A stretch of DNA of 64,000 nt from Chloroflexota bacterium. GTDB taxonomy: Bacteria > Chloroflexota > Anaerolineae > DUEN01. The stretch covers positions 18,672 through 82,671 of the forward strand of contig JAADGJ010000062.1 of NCBI GenBank assembly GCA_013152435.1. Reading direction: 5' to 3'. The notes under the pieces are model-generated. The model worked only from the letters and a program-made list of their open reading frames with translations, was not told the origin of the DNA and made no database searches. This document shows, piece after piece, positions 17,421 to 26,321 of this stretch. Position numbers and translations under genes: made by a program. Positions within the stretch are counted from its first letter, which is position 1. The number at the start of each line of letters is the position of its first letter.

Positions 17421-17562
17421 GGGCAAGAACCTCCTTTCTTTGGCTCTGTGGCCGGGAACTTGAAGGTAGCACCGGGGGAAAGTGCCCATGGTGCCGCGTG
17501 AAGAGGCCACGTTCAGTGGCCACTCCTCCCGACCCAGCATACGACAAACCGAGGGAGGTTTC

Positions 17563-17578
17563 TTTGCGCCAACGCAAA
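17563..17578. promoter_or_regulatory. Candidate Crp/Fnr-family binding site, TTTGCG-N4-CGCAAA, between crp and nosZ
   Basis: A perfect 6-4-6 palindrome TTTGCGCCAACGCAAA lies 20 nt after the crp stop and ~145 nt upstream of the nosZ start codon. It resembles the FNR/Dnr-type TTGAT-N4-ATCAA architecture. Confidence 0.4.
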
Positions 17579-17597
17579 TAGCGGCAAGCGTGTGAGC

Positions 17598-18356
17598 TTA
17601 TCGTGCGGTGGGGGCTTCTGCGGGGATGTCCGGAGGCAGATCTTCAGCGATAGTCACCAGGCCATGAGGCCTCAGTACGACCACGCGGGCTCGTCCGCTG
17701 GCGATGAGTCCCTGCTCCTCCCATCGGCTCAGGACGCGACTGACCGTGTACAGGGTCGTGCCCGTCATCTCCGCCAGGTCCTGGCGGGTCAGAGCCAGAT
17801 CGATCAGGATCCCGCCTTCCACCTTGCGCCCGAGCTGGCGCACCAGGCGGAGCAGAGCGCGGGCGATGCGTCGCTCCACCCGCTCCGTCACCAGCTCTCG
17901 AAGGCGGTCTTGCAGATCTCGAACGTGTTGTGCCATCAGATCGATCGCGTTCAGGGCCAGTCGGGGGTAGATCTCCATCAGCCGGGCCATGCGCTCCCCG
18001 TCCCAGGCCAGCGCCTCACAATCCTCCATCGCCTCGGCCGATACGGGGTACGACATGGCGCTCAGCACCGCGATGCACCCGAACATGCGCCCCGGCTCGA
18101 TGAATCCCAGGACGGTCTGGTGTCCCTCTGGAGTGACCTGGGTCAGCTTCACCTGCCCCCGGACGAGCACGTAGAGGAATGAGGCGGCGTCGTCCTGGAG
18201 GAAGAAGAAGCTCCCCCGGGCCACCCGTTTGAAGTAGGCGGTCTGGATCACGTGCATCAGGGTGCTCGGATCCAGGCCCCGGAACAGGTAGATCCGTTGC
18301 AGGTGCTCGACCTGTTGGCTGAGAGGTTCAGAAGCGCTCATGCTTGGATTGTACAC
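17598..18356 (-). CDS. Crp/Fnr-family transcriptional regulator (Dnr/NnrR-like, no Fe-S cysteine cluster)
   Basis: 252 aa. Has an N-terminal cNMP-binding beta-barrel (RGSFFFLQDDAASFLYVLVRGQVKL) and a C-terminal HTH (TRQDLAEMTGTTLYTVSRVLSRWEEQGLI). It lies directly upstream of nosZ on the same strand. Confidence 0.8.
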   Translation of the reverse strand: MYNPSMSASEPLSQQVEHLQRIYLFRGLDPSTLMHVIQTAYFKRVARGSFFFLQDDAASFLYVLVRGQVKLTQVTPEGHQTVLGFIEPGRMFGCIAVLSAMSYPVSAEAMEDCEALAWDGERMARLMEIYPRLALNAIDLMAQHVRDLQDRLRELVTERVERRIARALLRLVRQLGRKVEGGILIDLALTRQDLAEMTGTTLYTVSRVLSRWEEQGLIASGRARVVVLRPHGLVTIAEDLPPDIPAEAPTAR

Positions 18357-18506
18357 GATACCGGAGAAAAGAAAAGGGTTGAGGGGGGCGAGGGGACGTG
18401 CGTTCCCTTTCCTTTTGCTGGCCTTTCATGGATCTGTCTTACCTCCTCTCGGCGATGGCGTATCCGCGTGCGGTGTGGAAGAGAGCACCTCTGGTCGAGA
18501 TCTGGG

Positions 18507-19853
18507 CTACCATGTGCCCGACGGGCGAGGACGCCAGTGACCATCCCCTGAGGGGGGCCTGTAGGGGTGCGATGGGGTTGACTCCAGGCGTGCCGGCGTC
18601 GTCAGCGCCGCCTCGATCGCGTCGTCCCGGCGCACGACGTAGGCGGGGATGTTGCTCGCGTACAGGAGCCTCAGCGTCTCGTGCCATGACGGCGCGGGCC
18701 CGAACGTGTTCGCCGCCAATAGCACGGCCACGCTGCGCACGCCGCGACGCCCCAACTCCCGCAGTGCGATGACCCAGTCCGGGGATATGGAGGGCGTGAT
18801 CGCGATGAGGGTCACGCTCCGGTTCAGGTGCTGTCCTTCCATGGCGATCACCTGGGCGAACGGCATGCGGCCCTGCGCCTCGACCACCGCCAGGGTCTCC
18901 AGGATTCGATCCAGCTGCCGCTCGCCGCGATCCGCCTGGATCACCTCCCGGGTTTGGGCGTGCGTGATGAATCCCACGGCCCGGTTGCGGCGCAGGAAGT
19001 GGCGAGCCAGCGATGCGGCCGCCGTGACCCCGTACTCCTCTGTGCTGGGGATCAGCTCCAGGCGGGTGGGCTCCCGGCGCAGCAGGAACGGCTGTCGGAA
19101 GCCGTTGTCGGTGGGCGGCGTCCAGGGCGCCTCGACGTGGACCGATTGGTCCATATCGAGGAAGATCCAGACGTCGGCCGTGGGATCGAGCTCGAACTCC
19201 TTCACGATCAGCCGGCCTGTGCGGGCGGTGGAGGGCCAGTGGATGCGGCTGAAGGAATCCCCCGGCTGATAATCGCGCACGCCGGAGACGTTCGTGGTCA
19301 CGTGGTGGATGCGGCGTCGCATGGCATCGCCCCCGGGCATCTCGCCCACGGGGAGCATGAAGCCGGGCAGCTCCACCGTTGCCGGATAGATGACCAGGGA
19401 GGACGTGGCGGGCAGCACGCGCTCCATCCGGAACAGCCCCAGGGGGTCGCCGGAGGCCAGGACCATGGGGCCCAGCGTATAGCGGCCGCGCTGCCGGCAT
19501 AGTGTGCGCACCAGCCAGCGCTGCCTTCGATGGCCGCCCAGGGCGCTGATCACCCGGCTCGTGTGATGCCCGGGCAGATCGGACAGGTCGCGAATCTCCA
19601 GCCACAGCTTGGGGAATCGGGAGCGGTTTTGGACCTCGAACTGCTCCTCCACGAATCGTCCGACCTGTGAGCGAAGCGAGCGCGTATATCGCCTGATCTG
19701 GACCCAGTTGACTCCCGACCAGGCCCACACGAAGGAGAAGATCACCACAGCGGTGATCAGATAGGCGACCGTATATGCGATTTCCCGGCCGGTGTTCAGT
19801 GCGAAGATCCAGGCGGCCAGGCCGAGGAGGATGACGCCCCATGAGCGTCGCAA
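18507..19853 (-). CDS. DUF58 domain protein (vWA-like, MoxR-associated)
   Basis: 448 aa. Has two N-terminal TM helices and the DUF58 signature DYQPGDSFSRIHWPSTARTGRLIVKEFE. It is directly downstream of the MoxR ATPase. Confidence 0.75.
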   Translation of the reverse strand: MRRSWGVILLGLAAWIFALNTGREIAYTVAYLITAVVIFSFVWAWSGVNWVQIRRYTRSLRSQVGRFVEEQFEVQNRSRFPKLWLEIRDLSDLPGHHTSRVISALGGHRRQRWLVRTLCRQRGRYTLGPMVLASGDPLGLFRMERVLPATSSLVIYPATVELPGFMLPVGEMPGGDAMRRRIHHVTTNVSGVRDYQPGDSFSRIHWPSTARTGRLIVKEFELDPTADVWIFLDMDQSVHVEAPWTPPTDNGFRQPFLLRREPTRLELIPSTEEYGVTAAASLARHFLRRNRAVGFITHAQTREVIQADRGERQLDRILETLAVVEAQGRMPFAQVIAMEGQHLNRSVTLIAITPSISPDWVIALRELGRRGVRSVAVLLAANTFGPAPSWHETLRLLYASNIPAYVVRRDDAIEAALTTPARLESTPSHPYRPPSGDGHWRPRPSGTW

Positions 19854-19952
19854 GGTTTCACCTCAGATCAAGGGGAGGATAAGGGGAAGATGTCGTCGGC
19901 GAAGATCCCCAGAGCTGCCCTCCACCGGCGTGATGGAGTGTAGGGCCGGTGG

Positions 19953-20906
19953 TTAGCGCGCCCGCACGCGGGTGCCGGGCACGGGCACGGAGCCGAGCGT
20001 CTCCTCCACCACGGCGCGTGGGTCGACGTTCTTGATGCGGGCTGATGGGCTGATGATGAGCCGGTGTGCCAGGGTGGGCTCGGCCAACGCCTTGATGTCA
20101 TCCGGGATGACATAATCGCGGCCCAGCACGGCTGCCCTCGCCCGGCTCGTCTTATATAGCGCCAGGGAGGCTCTCGGCGATGCCCCCAGGTAGACATCCG
20201 GGTGCTGCCGCGTTGCGGTGACCAGCGAGATGATGTATTCCTTGATCAGATCGTCTACGTAGATCTTCTTCACCGCCTCCTGCGCGGCCAATAGCTCGTT
20301 CACCTCGATGACCTGTCCGATCGTCTCGATGGGGTGGACCTCCCGTTGCATATCCAGCATGGCCATCTCGTCCTTGGGCGTCGGATACCCCAGGCTGATG
20401 CGCATCATGAAGCGGTCCACCTGAGCTTCCGGCAGAGGGAACGTGCCCTCGTATTCGATCGGGTTCTGGGTGGCCAGAACCAGGAAGGGGCGCGCCATCG
20501 GATAGGTCACTCCATCGACCGTGATCTGGCGCTCTTCCATGGCCTCCAGCAGGGCGGATTGGGTCTTCGGGGTGGCCCGGTTGATCTCGTCCGTCAACAC
20601 GATCTGGGCCATGATCGGCCCCGGTCGAAACTCGAACTCCCCCGTCTTCTGGTTGAACACGGACACGCCCGTGACGTCGCTGGGGAGCATGTCCGGCGTG
20701 AACTGGATGCGTCGGAAGCTGCACCCGATGGATCGAGCGATGGCCCGGGCCAGCATGGTCTTGCCGACGCCCGGCACATCCTCGATCAGGATATGCCCTT
20801 CACACAGCAGGGCGAAAAGGATCAGTTGGATCTCGTCCGTTTTGCCGATGATGACCTTCTCGACGTTGTCCACGACTCTCGTTACGACACTCTGCACTTG
20901 GTTCAT
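19953..20906 (-). CDS. MoxR-family AAA+ ATPase
   Basis: Likely start at the ATG at 20906 (MNQVQSVV..., behind AAGGAGAG). Walker A is GVPGVGKT, Walker B is VLTDEINRA, and the sensor/arginine-finger region is typical of MoxR ([23 protein letters not shown]). Confidence 0.85.
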   Translation of the reverse strand: MNQVQSVVTRVVDNVEKVIIGKTDEIQLILFALLCEGHILIEDVPGVGKTMLARAIARSIGCSFRRIQFTPDMLPSDVTGVSVFNQKTGEFEFRPGPIMAQIVLTDEINRATPKTQSALLEAMEERQITVDGVTYPMARPFLVLATQNPIEYEGTFPLPEAQVDRFMMRISLGYPTPKDEMAMLDMQREVHPIETIGQVIEVNELLAAQEAVKKIYVDDLIKEYIISLVTATRQHPDVYLGASPRASLALYKTSRARAAVLGRDYVIPDDIKALAEPTLAHRLIISPSARIKNVDPRAVVEETLGSVPVPGTRVRAR

Positions 20907-21184
20907 ATGTCGACTTTCTCTCCTTAAGACACGCACGCTGTGGGCCCAGGACATCTCCCGGCCCTCTCAGTTCGAGAAAGATTATACCAGCAATTCATGA
21001 AAGGAGTAAGCGGGCTCGCATACATTCTTCCTCTTGCCGGGGTCGGCCCACCGACTCGAGGCGGGTATGCGAGCCCGGGCGAGGAAGGTCCCTTCGCCCT
21101 TCCCCTGAGGGCTTGCGATGAGCGTCGTGGGTCGTCTCGCGGGACTTTCACTATTTTGGATACACTACCCTGGGCGTTGTCATG

Positions 21185-21213
21185 TTGTCGGGAGGTCACG
21201 GAGGTGCTATACT
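21185..21213 (+). promoter_or_regulatory. Putative promoter of the mvk operon
   Basis: TTGTCG, a 17-nt spacer, then TATACT. It sits ~35 nt upstream of the mvk ATG (21250) with RBS GGGGCGAGAGG. Confidence 0.35.
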
Positions 21214-21249
21214 GCGCTGTGTGGTAACCTTCCATAGGGGCGAGAGGTC

Positions 21250-22206
21250 ATGGGATCTGCCATCCTGGGGAGCGGCCACGCTCCCGGCAAGGTGATCCTG
21301 TTCGGCGAACATGCGGTGGTGTATGGCCGCCCGGCCATCGCCGTGCCGGTGACCCGCGTTCGGGCGGAGGCAACCGTCGCCTCGGGGGAGCCCGGGTCGG
21401 GGCTCTCCATCCATGCCCCGGACCTGGGACGCACCATCTCGCTGGCGGCCGCCCCGGCGGATGAGCCTCTGGCCGCCATCGTGCGGGTGACGCTGGACGC
21501 GTTGGGGGTGACGCCTCCCCCGGATTGGGTCGTGACGGTGCGTTCCACGATCCCGATCGCGGCCGGCATGGGGAGCGGGACCGCCGTATCCGCCGCGATC
21601 GCCCGGGCCCTGGCCGACGCGGCAGGGCGTGATCTGGCACTGCCCGTCCTCTCCGATCTCGTGTACCAGATCGAGAGGCTGCACCATGGCTCCCCATCCG
21701 GGGTGGACAACACCGTGGTCTGCTATGGGCGCCCGGTGTACTTCGTGCGCGGGCGATCCCCTCAGTTGCTTCGGATCGCCCAACCCTTCTGGCTGGTCAT
21801 CGGGGATACGGGCGTGCCCAGCTCCACCCGGGAAGCGGTTGCGCATGTGCGCCGGGCCTGGGAGGCGGATCGCGCTCGCCTGGAGTCCCTGTTTGATGGG
21901 GTGGCGGCGCTGGTGGAACGGGCCCGCGAGGCGATCGAGGCTGGCCGCGTGGAGGTTCTGGGGACGCTGATGGACGAGAATCACGCGCTGCTGTGTGAGA
22001 TGGGAGTGAGCTCTCCCGAGCTGGACCGGCTGGTCTCGGCAGCCCGGGAGCACGGCGCGGCCGGTGCCAAGCTGGCGGGGGCGGGACGTGGCGGCAACAT
22101 GATCGCGCTGGTCCCACCCGAACGGGCGATCTCGGTGGCCGATGCCCTGCGCGCCGCCGGCGCCGTGCGCACCATCACGACCGAGGTGGGCTCGGAGGCG
22201 ACATGA
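21250..22206 (+). CDS. mvk: Mevalonate kinase (GHMP kinase family)
   Basis: Has the N-terminal PGKVILFGEHAVVYG motif, the GHMP ATP-binding loop PIAAGMGSGTAVSAAI, and the C-terminal GAKLAGAGRGGNMIAL. Confidence 0.85.
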   Translation: MGSAILGSGHAPGKVILFGEHAVVYGRPAIAVPVTRVRAEATVASGEPGSGLSIHAPDLGRTISLAAAPADEPLAAIVRVTLDALGVTPPPDWVVTVRSTIPIAAGMGSGTAVSAAIARALADAAGRDLALPVLSDLVYQIERLHHGSPSGVDNTVVCYGRPVYFVRGRSPQLLRIAQPFWLVIGDTGVPSSTREAVAHVRRAWEADRARLESLFDGVAALVERAREAIEAGRVEVLGTLMDENHALLCEMGVSSPELDRLVSAAREHGAAGAKLAGAGRGGNMIALVPPERAISVADALRAAGAVRTITTEVGSEAT

Positions 22207-23579
22207 GCGAACCTTTCCCGACCCTGCGCTCGTTCCTGGCCGACGCGGAGGCCGCGGGCCATCTGATCACCATTCGACGCTCGGTGAGCCCTCACCTGGA
22301 GATGGCCCGGGTGATCCTCGCCCTGGACGGCCGCCCGGTGCTCTTCACCGATGTGCCCGGCTATGCGTATCGCGTGGCCGCCGGGATCTGCTCTGATCGA
22401 CGGTATTTCGCCATGGCGTTGGGCTGTAGGCCGGAGGAGGTCTCCTTCCGCCTGGCCGACGCCCTCTCCTCCCCGCGAAGGCCGCCTGTGTTACAGGACG
22501 CGCCCTGTCAGGAGGTGGTCGAGGAGGACGTCGATCTGGAGCGTATCCCGTTCCTCACCCATTGGGAGGGAGATGCCGGCCCCTACGCGACGGCCGCCGT
22601 GGCGATCGTGAACGACCCGGATACCGGCCCGAACGCGTCCTATCACCGGCTGCTGAGGCTGGATCGGCGTCGTCTCGTGGCGCGGATCATCGAGCAGCGC
22701 GGGACCGATACGGCGCTGCGCAAAGCCGAGGGGGATCTGCCGGTGGCGATCTGCATCGGGCTCCCGCCTCATATCCTGCTGGCCGCGGCCATGTCCCCGC
22801 CGCCTGAGGTGGACGAGATGCACATCGCCCAGGCGCTGGCGCCCACCCCGCTGGTGGCCTGTCGCACGGTTCCCCTGCACGTGCCCGCCGCCGCGGAGAT
22901 CGTCCTGGAGGGCCGGATCACCCGACAGACGGCTGCCGAGGGGCCTTTCATGGATCTGACCGGCACCTGGGATATCGTCCGTCAGCAGCCGGTGATCGAG
23001 ATCGATTGTATCACGCATCGCCGGGACCCCATTTACCAGGCGCTGCTCCCAGGGCGGCTGGAGCATCGGTTGCTGATGGGGATGCCGCGGGAGCCGACCA
23101 TCTTCGCCGCCGTCAACCAGGTGTGCCAGTGTCTCAACGTGTACGTCACGCCCGGCGGGGCCTCCTGGCTGCACGCTGTGGTGCAGATCCGAAAGCGCCA
23201 CCCCGAGGATGGACGGCGCGCGGCCGAGGCCGCCTTTCGGGGGCATGGCTCGCTCAAGCACGTGTGGGTCGTGGATGAGGATGTGGACCTCTTCGATCCC
23301 AACGACGTGGAGTGGGCCATGGCGACCCGGTTCCAGGCGGATCGGGATCTGCTGATCTGGCGGGATCAGCCGTCCAGCTCGCTGGATCCGTCGGCCACCC
23401 ACGTGCCCGGGGAGAAATCTCGCTCGGCCAAGATGGGGCTGGATTGCACGATCCCGTGGGACTCACCCCAGGGGCCCAGCGACCCGGCCGCGTTCCAACG
23501 CGTCCCGATCCCGCACGTCGATCTCACCCCTTACCTGGAGGAGCAGGGAGGGGCGAAGCCATCTCGCGAGCGAGGATAG
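22203..23579 (+). CDS. UbiD-family (prenyl-FMN-dependent) decarboxylase; candidate anhydromevalonate-phosphate decarboxylase
   Basis: 458 aa with UbiD-like architecture throughout. Its start overlaps the mvk stop (ATGA), implying co-translation with mevalonate kinase. Confidence 0.8.
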   Translation: MSEPFPTLRSFLADAEAAGHLITIRRSVSPHLEMARVILALDGRPVLFTDVPGYAYRVAAGICSDRRYFAMALGCRPEEVSFRLADALSSPRRPPVLQDAPCQEVVEEDVDLERIPFLTHWEGDAGPYATAAVAIVNDPDTGPNASYHRLLRLDRRRLVARIIEQRGTDTALRKAEGDLPVAICIGLPPHILLAAAMSPPPEVDEMHIAQALAPTPLVACRTVPLHVPAAAEIVLEGRITRQTAAEGPFMDLTGTWDIVRQQPVIEIDCITHRRDPIYQALLPGRLEHRLLMGMPREPTIFAAVNQVCQCLNVYVTPGGASWLHAVVQIRKRHPEDGRRAAEAAFRGHGSLKHVWVVDEDVDLFDPNDVEWAMATRFQADRDLLIWRDQPSSSLDPSATHVPGEKSRSAKMGLDCTIPWDSPQGPSDPAAFQRVPIPHVDLTPYLEEQGGAKPSRERG

Positions 23580-23580
23580 C

Positions 23581-24209
23581 ATGAGCACACGACACGCATC
23601 TCGATCATCGTCTCCGGGGAATTCCTCGCCGGACATCCTGCGGACCTTCATCGCCATCGAGCTGGACGAGACCGTGGCGATCGCTTTGGGTGCGATTCAG
23701 GAGGAGCTGAAGTCTCGGGTTCCGAAGGGAAGCGTTCGGTGGGTGAATCCGGCCAGCATCCATCTGACGTTGAAGTTCTTGGGCGATACGCCGAGATCGC
23801 GACTCTCGGAGATCGAGGAGGCCCTGCGGGAGGCGTGCGCGCGCCTCTGGATCTGACGATCGAGGGGCGCGGTTGTTTTCCCAACTTTCGGCGCCCCAAT
23901 GTGATCTGGGTGGCGGTGCGGGATCATGGAGGGGCGTTGACCCGGCTGCAGGAGGCCGTCGAGGCGCACGTCGCGCCGCTGGGCTGGCCGACGGAGAAAC
24001 GGCCCTTCCGCCCGCACCTCACCCTGGGGCGGGTGAATCGCCGGGTCTCCTCACGGGAGCGGGCGGCCATCGGCGCGGCCGTGGAGTCTCTGGAGGTGGA
24101 ACAGATCGCGACCGTTCACGTGACCCATGTCAGCTTCATGCGCAGCGATCTGCGCCCGACCGGCGCCGTATATACCCGGTTGTTCGCGGCCGCTCTGGGC
24201 GGGGGATGA
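23581..24209 (+). pseudogene. thpR: RNA 2',3'-cyclic phosphodiesterase (ThpR/LigT, 2H family), frameshifted
   Basis: The first HxTx motif (HLTLKFLG) is in the frame of ORF 23581-23856. The second (HLTLGRV) and the C-terminus are in the +2 frame (ORF 23739-24209). The shift is at the GC run around 23835-23850 (gcgtgcgcgcgcctctgg). Confidence 0.55.
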
Positions 24210-24243
24210 CAGCTACGGAATGAGGCGGCGCTCCGGATCGCCC

Positions 24244-25773
24244 TCACGCGATGGAGGAATCTTGCTCGTAGAAACGGGGATCGGCTGCCTCGGCCTGTTG
24301 AGCCTCTGAGGGCTCGAACAGCGGCTCGTCCGCCGGTAAGGGTTCCGGGACTGATGCGGTCGTGCCCTCCCAGATGCGGGCCAGCATCGCGATGAGGCCG
24401 TACCAGACCGAGGCCGCCAGGAAGGCGATGAGGGCGACCGCGGCCAGGCCCACGATCTGGGCCTCCATCTGGCCGGGCCAGTCCGGTTGCATCCGGGCCG
24501 CGGCGAGCAGGCCGGTGACCCCCTGCCCGACGACGCCCTGGTACTGCTCAATGCCGATCCTGTTCCAGCCAACGCCTGCCGTTCCATCGGCGAACAGGCC
24601 CACCGCCAGCAGGCTTAGGACGGCCCCGATCCCGTGGGTGCTGATGACGGCGGTGGGATCGTCCAGGCGCAGGACGTGATCGATGATGTACGTTGCCAGC
24701 GGTACCAGCAGGCCAGCGATCGTCCCGATGAGCAGGGCGGCCCAGGGCGGCATGAAGGGGCCCGCTGCCAGCGCGGCGATCGCCCCGGCGGCCACGCCTC
24801 GGGCGGACATCAGTGGGTCATGTCGGCCGGCCACGAACCAGGTGTAGGCCATGGGGGCCAGGACGCCGCCGGTGGCGGCCAGCAGGCCGTTGAGGGCGCC
24901 GCGAATGGGCTGGACGGATGACGGATCCAGCAGGGGATTCCCGTAGCTCCATCCCAACCCTCCCACGATGAGCAGGATCGCCCCCAGGGCGGATAGCAGC
25001 GGGAGATGCACGGGGGGGAGCTCGATGGGCTCTTGATCCGAGTGTGGCGGGCGACGCGTGCAGAAGATCAGGATGCCGGCCACGGCCACGGTAGCGCCGA
25101 GCAAGTGCACGCCGGCGGCGCCGCCGAAGTCGACCAGGCCGTGCCCCAGGCCCAGATTGTTGCCCAGATTGGCCAGCCACCCGCCGCCCCAGATCCAATT
25201 ACCGACCAGCGGGTAAAGCAATGCGCCGATCAGCAGCCCGCCGATCGCCGAGGCGAAGGTGGGAGATCGGCCTCGCAGGCTGAGCAGCGGGATGAGCACC
25301 GCCGTCGTGACCCAGGGGAGTTGTGCGAAGAACAGCGCGTATGCGGCCGGGGTCGCCGCCTCGTGCAGCAGTCCCCATCCGCTCAGGCCCACCATGCCCC
25401 AGCCGGGGCCCCAATCCGGCCCCAATGCGGACCACTCCCACACCAGGCCCTCCAGCCCCGGCAGATCGTGGACCAATCCAACGCCGCCGAACTGGATCCC
25501 GAAGCCGATGGCCCAGTATCCTAAAGTGGCCAGGCCCACGGCGGACAGCCCGGTGAGCGCGGCCTGGCGGGATAAGGAGGGTTCCATCCCACCGGCCGCG
25601 ATCAGGACGAAGCCGATGGGGACGAGCCAGGAGAGGCTTCCGGCGATCAACGTCCAGGGGAAGCTCCCGTTCGTGGTGGATTGGGAGGCATCGCCGGCGG
25701 CGGCGACGCCGTAAGAGAGCAGGATCAGCGCGAGGACGCCGGCTGTCGCTCGTGCGAGTTGGCGCTTGCTCAT
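24244..25773 (-). CDS. amt: Ammonium transporter (Amt family)
   Basis: Likely start at the ATG at 25773 (MSKRQLARATAGVLALILL signal). Has 11-12 TM helices with the Amt signature region GLVDFGGAAGVHLLGA. No glnK gene is adjacent. Confidence 0.85.
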   Translation of the reverse strand: MSKRQLARATAGVLALILLSYGVAAAGDASQSTTNGSFPWTLIAGSLSWLVPIGFVLIAAGGMEPSLSRQAALTGLSAVGLATLGYWAIGFGIQFGGVGLVHDLPGLEGLVWEWSALGPDWGPGWGMVGLSGWGLLHEAATPAAYALFFAQLPWVTTAVLIPLLSLRGRSPTFASAIGGLLIGALLYPLVGNWIWGGGWLANLGNNLGLGHGLVDFGGAAGVHLLGATVAVAGILIFCTRRPPHSDQEPIELPPVHLPLLSALGAILLIVGGLGWSYGNPLLDPSSVQPIRGALNGLLAATGGVLAPMAYTWFVAGRHDPLMSARGVAAGAIAALAAGPFMPPWAALLIGTIAGLLVPLATYIIDHVLRLDDPTAVISTHGIGAVLSLLAVGLFADGTAGVGWNRIGIEQYQGVVGQGVTGLLAAARMQPDWPGQMEAQIVGLAAVALIAFLAASVWYGLIAMLARIWEGTTASVPEPLPADEPLFEPSEAQQAEAADPRFYEQDSSIA

Positions 25774-25802
25774 GGTATGCAATGTAAACGCCCCCTTGCA
25801 AG

Positions 25803-26321
25803 GTGAGTGAATTGTATCAGAATCCCGGGGAACACACAAAAGACGAGGCGCCGCGCCTGTTGGTCGATGCCATGCTGGGCAGGCTGGCGCGCTGGCTCCG
25901 CCTGCTGGGCTGCGATGCCGTGCTGGCTCCCAACGACGCGACCGATATGGAGCTGGTGCGGCGCGCTCGCGCCGAGGGACGCACCATCCTGACGCGGGAT
26001 ACCGCCCTCGCGCGGCGACGCGGCGTGGCCGTGTTGCTGGTCGCCAGCATGGAGTTGACGGCCCAGCTCCGGCAGGTGGTCGGGCAGCTGGGGATCGGTC
26101 GGGAGCGCATCGGCACGCGCTGCCTGGTCTGCAATCACGAGCTCGTTTCCCTGAGCCGGGAGGACGCCCGCGGTCGGGTCCCCCTCTACGTGTGGGAGAC
26201 GCAGCATCAGTTCCACTATTGTCCGCAATGCGATCGGGTCTACTGGGCGGGCACGCACTGGGAACAGATGCGCGCCCGGCTGGATGCCATACTGGACCCG
26301 GACGACCGGACGAGCCGGTGA
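25803..26321 (+). CDS. Mut7-C RNase domain (DUF82) protein with a C-terminal zinc ribbon
   Basis: RLLVDAMLGRLARWLRLLGCDA is the conserved Mut7-C N-terminal block. The C-terminal motifs CLVCNHEL...YCPQCDRVYW form a zinc ribbon. The ORF starts with GTG, so the start is uncertain. Confidence 0.7.
   Translation: MSELYQNPGEHTKDEAPRLLVDAMLGRLARWLRLLGCDAVLAPNDATDMELVRRARAEGRTILTRDTALARRRGVAVLLVASMELTAQLRQVVGQLGIGRERIGTRCLVCNHELVSLSREDARGRVPLYVWETQHQFHYCPQCDRVYWAGTHWEQMRARLDAILDPDDRTSR

Noticed and set aside
17421-17540. 40-aa N-terminal extension of nosZ
   Set aside because: Met41 is preceded by a strong AAGGAGG SD and followed by the membrane anchor. The extension would leave the anchor internal, and it contains the predicted promoter and leader.
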